Shown here piece after piece: positions 53,235-64,000 of a stretch of 64,000 nt of DNA. The notes under the pieces were generated by a model. It was not told where the DNA came from and searched no databases. It worked only from the letters and a program-made list of their open reading frames with translations. A program made the position numbers and the translations under genes. Position 1 is the stretch's first letter; the number at the start of each line of letters is the position of its first letter. The DNA is from Octopus sinensis (Eukaryota): positions 75,764,001 to 75,828,000 of the forward strand of contig NC_043005.1 of assembly GCF_006345805.1 (NCBI RefSeq), read 5' to 3'.

Positions 53235-56010
53235 CATCATCATCATCATTTAGCATCCGTTTTCCATGCTAGCATGGGTTGGACGGTTCAACTGGGGTCT
53301 GGGGAGCCCGAAGGCTGCACCAGGCCAGTCAGATCTGGCAGTGTTTCTACAGCTGCTGATGCCCTTCCTAACGCCAACCACTCCGAGAGTGTAGTGGGTG
53401 ATTTTATGTGCCACCGACACAGGTGCCAGACGAGGCTGGCGACGGCCACGCTCGGATGGTGTTTTTATGTGCCACCGACACAGGTGCCAGACGAGGCTGG
53501 CAGACGGCACGCTCGGATGGTGTTTTTATGTGCCACCGACACAGGTGCCAGATGAGGCTGGCGGACGGCCACGATCGGATGTGTTTGTTACGTCCCCAAA
53601 GCATGGAGGCCAGTCTATGCGGTACTGGCTACGGCCACGTTCGGATGATTTTCTTGTGTGCCACCGGCACTGGTACCACAAGATACAAATTCATTGATGT
53701 TCATCTATTTTGATTTGTTTTGATTTGATTTGATTTTCACTGCCTCAACAGGTCTTCACAAGTGTCACAAGAAGGAAGGTATGCACAGGTGGACTGACTA
53801 CGTCCCAGGTAAGGGCCACGGGTTATGGCCTGACTAGTCTTGCCGGGTCTTCGGATGGTGTTTTTATGTGCCACCGACACAGGTGCCAGATGAGGCTGGC
53901 GAACGGCCACGATCGGATGGTGTTTGTTGCGTGCCCACAGCACGGAGGCCAGTCGATGCGGTACTGGCTACGGCCACGTTCGGATGGTTTTCTTGTGTGC
54001 CACCGGCACTGGTACCAGAAGATACAAATTCCATTGATGTTCATCTATTTTGATCTGATTTGATTTGATTTTCACTTGCATTGCCTCAACAGGTCTTCAC
54101 AGGTCTCACAGTGTCTCACAAGAAGGAAGGAAGGTATGCACAGGTGGACTGACTACGTCCCAAGTAGGGGCCACGGTTATGGCCTGACTAGTCTTGCCGG
54201 GTCTTCGGTTGGTGTTTTTATGTGCCACCGACACAGGTGCCAGATGAGGCTGGCGGACGGCCACGATCGGATGGTGTTTGTTATGTGCCCGCATCACAGA
54301 GGCCAGTCGATGCGGTACTGGCTACGGACACGTTCGGATGGTTTTCTTGTGTGCCACCGGTACTGGTACCACAAAGATACAAATTCCATTGATGTTCATC
54401 TATTTTGATTTGGTTTGATTTGATTTGATTTGATTTGATTTGATTTTCACTTGCCTCAACAGGTCTACACAAGTGTCACACACTTGCCTCAACAGGTCTT
54501 CACAAGTGTCATAAGTAGGAAGGTATGCACAGGTGGACTGACTACGTCGCCGGGTCTTCGGATGGTGTTTTTATGGCCCCCCGACACAGGTGCCAGATGA
54601 GGCTGGCGAACGGCCACGATCGGATGGTTTTCTTGTGTGCCACCGGTACGTACTGGACCACAAAGATACAAATTCCATTGATGTTCATCTATTTTGATTT
54701 GGTTGATTTTCACTTGCCTCAACAGGTCTTCACAAGTGTCACACGTGTCACACACTTGCCTCAACAGGTCTCCACAAGTGTCACACACTTGCCTCTGCCT
54801 CAACAGGTCTTCACAAGTGTCACACACTTGCCTCTGCCTCACAGGTTTCACAAGTGTCACACACTTGCCTCAACAGGTCTTCACAAGTGTCATAAGAGGG
54901 AAGGTATGCACAGGTGGACTGACTACGTCGCCGGGTCTTCGGATGGTGTTTTTATGTGCCACCGACACAGGTGCCAGATGAGGCTGGCGAACGGCCACGA
55001 TCAGATGGTGTTTGTTGTGCCCACAGCACGGAGGCCAGTCGATGCGGTACTGGCTACGGCCATGTTCGGATGGTTTTCTTGTGTGCCACCGGTACTGGAA
55101 CCACAAAGATACAAATTCCATTGATGTTCATCTATTTTGATTTGGTTTGATTTTCACTTGCCTCAACAGGTCTTCACAAGGGTCACACACTTGCCTCAAC
55201 AGGTCTCCACAAGTGTCACACACTTGCCCTCTGCTCAACAGGTCTTCACAAGTGTCACACACTTGCCTCAACAGGTCTTCACAAGTGTCATAAGAGGGAA
55301 GGTATGCACAGGTGGACTGACTACGTCGCCGGGTCTTCGGATGGTGTCTTTATGTGCCACCTACACAGGTGCCAGATGAGGCTGGCGAACGGCCACGATC
55401 GGATGGTTTTTGTTGTGCCCACAGCACGGAGGCCAGTCGATGCGGTACTGCTACGGCCACGTTTGGGTGGTTTTCTTGTGTGCCACCGGCACTGGTACCA
55501 CAAAGAATACAATTCCACTGATGTTCATCTATTTTGATTTGTTTTGATTTTGATTTTCACTTGCCTCAACAGGTCTTCATAAGTGTCACAAGAAGGAGGT
55601 AATGCACAGGAGGACTGACTACGTCCCAGGTAGGGGCCACGGGTTATGGCCTGACTAGTTTTGCCGGGTCTTCTCACGCACAGCATACTTCCATAGGTCT
55701 CGGTCTCTAGACATTTCCTTAGTGAGACCTAAAGTTCGAAGGTCGTGCTTCACCACCTCGTCCCAGTTTTTCCTGGTCTATACCTCTTCCACAGGTTCCC
55801 TCAACTGCTAGGGTGTAGCACTTTTGCACACAACTATCTTCACCTTTTCTCGTCACAGGACCATACCAGCGCAGCCGTCTCTCTTGCACGCCACAACAGA
55901 CGCTTCTTAGGTTCAACTTTTCTCTCAAGGAACTTACACTCTGATGATTATGAACACTGACATACACATCATCGGAGCATATGGCTTCATTTCTGCGAGC
56001 TTACGCATAT
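53235..56010 (-). mobile_element. RTE LINE 3' end whose UTR is amplified into a complex tandem array
   Basis: RTE coding remnant at 55680-56010; reiterated blocks tttatgtgccaccgacacaggtgccagatgaggctggcg and cacttgcctcaacaggtcttcacaagtgtca. Confidence 0.85.
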
Positions 56011-57246
56011 CCTCACACACATACATGTATATAGTTATATAATACATACATACATATACACATACATAATAAATATATACATACATACATTTATATAAGG
56101 GAGTATAACACTCCCCTGACAACCAAAAAAATATATATAATATTTATATAATATATATATATATAAATATATTCATACATACATACATATATATATATAA
56201 ATAACATGTATTTATATGATATATTGTTATATAATATATAATATATATTTATATATTCTATAATATATTTATATAATACATATATAATATTTATATAATA
56301 TATATAATATATTTGATGACGATGATGATATATTTATATAATTGGTTGTTTAAATAAGTCCTTAGATGTTACTGTCATTTCACTTGGAGAATAATACTTA
56401 CCTAAGGTAACAAATATGTAAAGTTATGGCTTATTTTCAAGGAATAAGTTTTGGTAAAACACTTCACCCTATATTTAAGAATAAGAAGCATCCAATGTCT
56501 GAATGTTTCTTCACTGTTTTGATGAATGCTGTCAATTGCAATATCTCTGATCAACAATAAAGATCAACAGGTGATTAGGTCTATTGAGTCCATTTAGAGT
56601 GTGGTGGAGAGTTGCAACTATAAAAGAGTCAACAGATGAAGTGAAAGAGCTATAACTGGCAATGAAAAAACTGCAGACACAATAAGCAGGAAGGTCAGTC
56701 TCTTTGGAATTGTGTTTGCTTTTCAGGCAGACATGCACATGACACATATATGTGTATATATTGTTCATAATTATATAAGTATATAGGTGTGTGTAAACAC
56801 ATATATACATTGATAGATATTTATATATAGATATGGTTGTGTGGTTAAGCAGTTAGCTTCCTGACTGCATGGTTCTATCTACAGCCCCATTGCATGGCAC
56901 CTTGGGACAAATGTTTTCAATTGCAGCCCCATGTCAACCAAGACCTTGTGAGTGGTTGGATTTGGTAGGTGAAAGCTGAAAGAATCCTGTTCTCTGTGTG
57001 TGTGTGTGTGTGTGTATACACATATATATTCTTTTATTCTTTTACTTGTTGACTGCAGCTATGCTGGAGCACCACCTTGAAAGGTTTTATTTGAACAAAT
57101 GGACCTCAGGACTTATTTTTTAAAGCCTAGTGCTTATTCTATTGGTCTCTTTTGCTGAACTGTTAAGTAACAGTGACATAAACACACCAACACCTGTTGT
57201 CAAGTGGTATGGAGGGACAAACACAGACACAAAGACTCACACAGAT

Positions 57247-57300
<54 letters not shown>

Positions 57301-58845
57301 TATATATTTACGATGGGCTTCTTTCAGTTTCTGTCTACCAAATCCACTTACAAGGCTTTGGTCAGCCTGAGGCTATAGTAGAAGGTATTTGCCCAAGGTG
57401 ACATGTAGTGGAACTGAACCTAGCACCATGTGGTTGGGAAGCAAACTTCTTACCATGTATTCACGCTTGCACCTATATATCATCTCTATTCTCATCATCA
57501 TCATCGTTTAATGTCTACTTTCCATGCTGGCATGGGTTGGACGGTTTGACTGAGGATTAGCAAACCAGGAGGCTGCACCAGGTTCCAATCTGATCTGGCA
57601 AAGTTTCTACAGCTGGATGCCCTTCCTAATGCCAACCACTCTGAGAGTGTAGTAGGTACTTTTTATGTGCCACTGGCATGGGAGCCAGTCAGACGAGATC
57701 AGGAGTCAAGTGAATCAAACACTTAAATGGTAAGGCATTGTGTCAGGTTAAAAAAGTAAAAGTGTTCACATAAAAAATGGAAGAATAAATATGTGGGTGC
57801 CGAAGCATAAGTAGAAAGGTATGCAGGTTATGTATATGGTTAACTGTAGCCAGATGTGTATATCAACAGCCCTGAGGATAATCTAGAAATGCACCTTGTA
57901 CTAAATGTACAGTCCACAATATACTTCAGATCTATGCAAAGAGAAGATTCTAAGAGAGGTGAATAATAAATAAATAAATAAATAAATAAATAACAACAGA
58001 TGTGTCAAATCACTACAGCTGTTTCCAACGAATTTTTAATTGATTAATGGAAATATTACATCATTAGAGAAAAAACATTTTCATCAGATGGATACAGGGA
58101 CCACAACATTCAAAAACCAACGTGCCAGAAGCCAATGGGATGAGCACCTCCATGATTCTCTGATAGTAGTTGGTCATAAAGTGGATTTTTTTAGTCAGTT
58201 TGATACCAAGAAATGGTTTCTGTGCTTGCAAAGAAAACCATAACTTTTAAAATAAAATCATGGCTATGTTAATTATTGTTTAGTAACCAATATAAACCAT
58301 CTGAGATTGCAATATTTTCTAATTAGTTAACCACAATTATTGACATTTTAAAAGAAGTGAGCTTTGAAATGTCCTCCATTTTTTTTCTTTACTAAAAGTG
58401 CTCTATAAAGTCATGTTGTACTAAACGACATGTTGCATCGATCAGTTATATTCTATTAGCATTGTCATACAAGTATAATGACTGTAAAACACACATGCTC
58501 ATGTATATATTATGTATTTTATTTTGTTTTCACCGCATATACATTAAAGAATTAACACAATGGCAAAGATAACAGTCATTTTAACTGGTTTTCTACTTAA
58601 TAAGTCACGAAAGCAGTATGAATTTTTTTGCAGTGGTCTTTCTTTCTTTTCTAATGAATGTCACGAGTGGTTTTTCCAACAAATAATTCTCTTCTTTTGT
58701 TGCCCTTTTCATTACATTTTCATGACATAAAACTTGAAGCACACACACATGTCTGTCTGTATGTATGTATAAACATACATATTTGTGTATATGTATTTAT
58801 ACACATATAGTATTTACATATATATCTGTCTGTCAGTCTGTCTCC

Positions 58846-58877
<32 letters not shown>

Positions 58878-58879
<2 letters not shown>

Positions 58880-59060
58880 CTTATATAAAATCCATTTTTT
58901 CTGTGTGTGTGCGTGTAGCTTCTAGGATTTCAGGCATCCTCCATCCAATTGTGCTCAAATTTGATATGTAGATACCTATGGTATAAGTCTTGAAAAAATT
59001 ACAAAAATCGATTCCAGGTGAGAATGCAATCGATAAAGCCATGGGAAATCGTTTTTCTTT
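58878..59060 (+). mobile_element. Helitron-like 5' end (non-autonomous)
   Basis: TC-ttatataaaa start, (TG)n, then catcctccatccaattgtgctcaaatttgatatgtag, a layout typical of invertebrate Helitron/DINE 5' ends. Confidence 0.5.
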
Positions 59061-60005
59061 GGAATAGAAAAAAGTCTATCATTATTTCTTCTTTTGCTGG
59101 TGTCTCAAATTTAGGTTAATTCAGTGTTTCTCAAAGGGGAGACCTATGGGACAGTCGGACAAGTTGTTTTGAGAAAATTTGGTTTAAATGCTTGACAACT
59201 CAGCACCATTCATTGGACAGCGGGTGTTTTGCTTGTATATATATCTCAAGTAGTATATTCTTGGTTATGGCACGTAACTGGTCAGGAACTTATAATTGGT
59301 TTTGCATCTGCTATTTCACTTGCTTATACTAACAACTAATCAGACTTGTTGGCCGGGAGCACATGACCTCTTTAATGTTAGGAGGGTTGTTTGGTGAACA
59401 CACAGACTTGATCAGCATCATGGTGAAAAAAGTGAAATGAAAAACCCTTTTCAGCGAGAGAAAGAAGAGTTGTCTTCACTTGTACAATTACAGCTGTGAC
59501 TGAAGGGAGTCATTTATGCCTGATTACATTTTCTGTTTTCTAGTCCACAAAAAGGGAATAGCACACTTCCAAAACAAATTTTCTGTTGTGAGGGCATCAG
59601 CTTCGAATTAATTTTGTACAGCATACCTTCCTCTTTTAATTGCCATATATAGCTGGTTAATGTTGTAATGTTGCACCTCTTTGAAGTTCCAAAAGAGGAC
59701 CACAAGCTAAATAACCACAGGTCGTAAAATAATACTTGTGGTGATTTAGCTTGAGCTTAAAGGGGAGCTCTGTCACTCCAATATATTTCTGTGTATACAT
59801 TTCTTCATTGCCGCTGCTGTTACTGAAGTTACACACACACACACACACACCCACATGCATATACGCACATACTCCAGGAGTAATCCGAAATCAAAGTTCA
59901 TCACCAGTCAAATTTGTTGACCCATAGTTGCAATACCCAGTTGAGAATGTATGTTTTTACTGAGTGATGCATAAAATAGACAGAAACAATGGATTATATA
60001 CATTT

Positions 60006-60154
60006 ATTTATTTATTATAGCCTTACAGCTGTTTCAGATATGCATTTGGGTGCATTCAGGCTTCAATTTTATCAATCAATGACTTGATTAGGTTGAACTA
60101 ATGAAAGCTCTCACGTGCATATCTGAAACAGCTGTAAGCCTATAATAAATAAAT
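60006..60154. repeat. Fold-back: ~39-bp inverted repeat carrying GAAA-CAGCTG-TA
   Basis: atttatttattatagccttacagctgtttcagatatgca vs tgcatatctgaaacagctgtaagcctataataaataaat. Confidence 0.85.
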
Positions 60155-60180
60155 TTTTATAACTCATTGTTTCTCTCTAT

Positions 60181-60246
<66 letters not shown>

Positions 60247-60329
60247 CATATATATGTATGTGAGTGTGTGTGTATATATATATTTATATATATATATATA
60301 TGTATACATATATATATACATATATACAC

Positions 60330-60364
<35 letters not shown>

Positions 60365-62304
60365 TGTATATATATACACACACACACACAAACGCACATA
60401 TATATATATATGTATAAGTGTGTGTGTGTATTTTATTCCCATTCAAAAAGTTTTGAACTAATTATATTAATAGCTTTATTTCATCATTATAATCTAGGCA
60501 TTAACAACTATCCTGAGTATCATGGTAAATTTTAAAAAGAAATTCATGCAAATTTTCAGTTTTGCCTATTTATTAAATTCTCAGAATATTTCAGATTGAT
60601 CTTCTTCATCTGTAAATCATAAACTTTCAACATTATCAATTCCACAACTGAAATTTCTGCTGAAATAAACTGCTTCCTTTCAATTAATTTCAAAAATAAT
60701 GGAAAAATATAGTAAAATAACTTTGTTGTTATTTAGAAGGTGTTTGGAACATAAATTAACATGTAATTTAAATAGGAAGTTCAATTTAGATTACCATAAA
60801 ACAGGAAGTCTGTACTATAAAACCAAAAGTGGTTTTGAGTACTTTCACATCAAAACGGTTAATGAGCCAAAGCAATGCCTGTTGCTCTTGTTTCTCATAG
60901 ATAGGCGCAGGAGTGGCTGTGTGGTGTGTGGTAAGTAGATTGCTTACCAACCACATGGTTCCAGGTTCATTCCCACTGTGTGGCACCTTGGGTAAGTGTC
61001 TTCTACTATATCCTCGGGCTGACCAAAGCCTTGTGAATGGATTTGGTAGATGGAAACTGAAAGAAGCCTGTCATATATATGTATAAATATATATACACAC
61101 ACACACACATACACATATATATATATACACACACACATATATATATATGTGCCGGTGGCACGTAAAAAGCACCCACTACACTCACAGAGTGGTTGGCGTT
61201 AGGAAGGGCATCCAGCTGTAGAAACACTGCCAGATCAGACTGGAACCTGGTGCAGCCTCCTGGCTTCCCAGACCCCGGTCAAATCGTCCAACCCATGCTA
61301 CCATGGAAAACAGACGTTAAACGATGATCATGATGATGATGATGTGTGTGCGTATATGTTTGTGTGTCTGTGTTTGTCCCCCCAACATTGCTTGACAGCC
61401 AATGGTCTTGTGTTTACATCCCCGTAAATTAGCGGTTCAGCAAAAGAGACTGATAGAATAAGTACTAGGCTTCCAAAGAATAAGACCTGGGGTCGACTAA
61501 AGGCGGTGCTCCAGCATGGCTGCAGTCAAATGACTGAAACAAGTAAAAGAGTAAAAGAGTAAAAGTCTTTCTCTTTGTTTCTGTCTTTCTGTCTGTCTAT
61601 CTGTCTCTCCCTCCCTCTCTCTCTCTCTCTGCCTGCAAATTAAATGGAGTAAATATGTCCAAAGAACATGTGAAAACAGGCAAAATTAGTTGAGATTTTC
61701 TTGTATCCATTCTGCAGAAACAGGCCTTTGGCATAAACTCTCTGTCTATTTGCATAGCAAGCCTAAACATGTGTTTACTTAGCATATCCATATAAACTCA
61801 ACATTTCCAAATTATCTACTGACATGATTCCTCAGTGCTTTAGTTACTATGTAACGTCAGCACAGATGTACTGGTATGCAAATATGCAAATATGCAACAG
61901 CAATGCCTCTTCTCATTGTTATCTACATTTTTCGTTGTTATCTTTAAGCTACTTTCTCTCTGCCTATAAATCAATCAAAGTAAACACAACTGATGAGCTT
62001 GTAAATACAGATGAGTCTAATTGTTCAATTAATTCTGTTGAGAGAACACTTTTGGTTTAATCACTCCATCTAATTGCACAGTGAAGCTAGCTGCATGTTC
62101 GTTAAATATACACATGTAAATTTGTTTAGAACTAATCCATTGCTGTATTGTTAAGAAGCTTTCTTTGCAACCATGTTATTTTGGGTTTGGTCCCACTGCA
62201 TGACTCCTTGGGCAAGTATCTTCTACTTCTTCTACTATAGCCCTAGGCTGACCAGTGCCTTGTGAGTAAATTTGGCAGCAAACTATGTGGAAGCTTGTCA
62301 TATA

Positions 62305-62778
62305 TGGAAATGATGAATTTTTCTTTCAATAAGATGGTGCACTTCCACACTACCACCAAGACACATGAGCTTACCTCAATGAGAATTTGCAAGGATACTA
62401 GGCAGGATGAAGAGGTGTGGTTGAGTCTCCCTCACATTCTCCTGATCTAACATCTGCAGACTTTCATCTGTGGGGGAGCCAAAATGATGTCATGTATCAC
62501 AGAAAACCAACTACATTGGCAGAACTAAGAGAAGGAATTGAAAATGTATGTGCAGCGATCTCACTGGACACTTTGGCCAATGTTGCCCAAGTAGTAGTTT
62601 GCCGTACACATAAATACCTAGAAGCTAATGGCCATCACTTTGAGTGCCTCTTGTAATTGTAGAGTCCAAAGGTAACTTGTATTAATCTCCTGAAATCTGA
62701 ATAAATTTAGCACTGAAATAATTATACACATTTTTCCTTTCATGAAGTTTGTATACAAGTATTTGAGCAGACTCTGTA
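62305..62778 (+). mobile_element. Tc1/mariner transposase 3' remnant with right end
   Basis: FQ*DGALPH...SPDLTSADFHLWG..VMY..ELREGI..NGHHFECLL*; ends in ctg|TA. Confidence 0.75.
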
Positions 62779-62817
62779 TATATATATGCCAGCGTGGAAA
62801 ATGGATGTAAAAAGATG

Positions 62818-62862
<45 letters not shown>

Positions 62863-63044
62863 CAGACTCTCCCATCAAGTGTTCAGTGAAAAACAGAAAA
62901 AAAAAATCCAACCAAATAGACAACCAACAACATACTCACGTTACTATCACTACCATTCGCCAATGTTTACAATTCATTCACTTCAACCGATGACTCTTAA
63001 TGCTAGTCCTCAGGCCACCAAAAGTGATATGGATATTGCATGAC

Positions 63045-63300
63045 TTATAAAACCAGTAAATGATCTAGCTGAGAAAACACAATGTGGACAATAGTGGTTT
63101 GCAAGAAGACTGTTTTGTTCGTGTATTTTCCTATTTTCCCATAACTGCTCTTAATGAAGCTTCCTTTGAGTTGAGAAATTTTCAAAGCTGGAAAAAGCTC
63201 TTTCTCCTCCATTATTGATGTAGCAGAGTGAAAGTAATCTATTGATAGTTTGAGACATTTGCGAATGATTAGTAAAGGTTTCCAACTGCCATGCTGTTGA
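63045..63300 (-). mobile_element. Possible hAT transposase dimerization-domain remnant
   Basis: Frameshifted ATS..GERAFS.LK....LDHLLVL resembling 'P.TSA.AERSFS.LK'. Confidence 0.4.
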
Positions 63301-64000
63301 CATTTTATTGCTGATATCATTAAGTTCCTGGTCAGTTGTGATCAAACAGATCTATGATCACAGACATTCATTACATGACCACCCAATCTGTTTTCTTTGA
63401 CATCATATATAATTGACTACAATATCTAGTAAAACAAGGAATAGGCATTTTATGCCTTAGATTATAGATTGCCAAACCGATGAGAGTAGGCATCAAATAA
63501 TCTTTAAATGTTACCTTTGATAGAACATGGTACCCTATAAAAGAGATTATTTATCTTCTATCTACCTAACATCATGAAAACTAAGCACAAAATCCTTTTC
63601 TTTTTTTATTCCTTTATGCTTTTCTTGTTCCAATCATTTGTACAGTGACCAGGTTAGGACACTAAAACTCCTCTGAGTTTTAGTCAAATGAATTAGCTCC
63701 AGTACTTATCTTTTAAAGCCTGGTACTATTTAAGGCTTCAGCAATCTATAAGGCATTCAGCAATATTGAAGGCCTCCAGTAATATCTAAGGTTTCTGTCA
63801 GTCAAATTGATCAAATATCTGCACTTTGAATGTTCTTCTCCTGGGCATAGGTAAGACAAGGTTTTCTATGGAAGGCCAGCATTGTCTAAACTGCAAATCT
63901 CCCCTCCTCATATCACAGATGTTGTCCAAAAGAAAGAAAGGACTAATACACTTTAGTACCAGTGTTATCATGGGTGACTACAAGAACATAAAGAGCTAGA

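Noticed and set aside
53400-55600. CRISPR-like array or protein-coding repeat ORFs
   Set aside because: Intervening sequences are themselves repeated and derive from an RTE 3' UTR

Overview
AT-rich, repeat-saturated eukaryotic (metazoan) DNA. The repeat repertoire (tRNA-headed SINE families, RTE 3' ends with (GAT)n tails, very dense microsatellites) looks like an octopus/cephalopod genome; that is inference from pattern recognition. Nearly all of the window is intronic or intergenic: SINEs, fragments of CR1-, RTE- and R4/Dong-type LINEs, Tc1/mariner, pogo/Tigger and hAT remnants, Helitron/Helentron-like elements, minisatellites and a 100-N gap. Only one plausible host-gene exon was found (49632-49774, +). 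Most ORFs in the supplied track are microsatellite artefacts. The main signal not explained by ORFs is a set of about 9 minimal type I hammerhead-ribozyme motifs (CUGANGA-stem II-GAAA-palindromic stem III-UH) from several families. They include one with an intact core (38801-38835), a two-copy family sharing a non-canonical CUGUNGA core, and a head-to-head inverted pair; these are probably Penelope-like element termini. Also notable are a 27-bp minisatellite whose units carry overlapping STAT- and NF-kB-like motifs, local templated inversions, and a tandem array built from an RTE 3' UTR.
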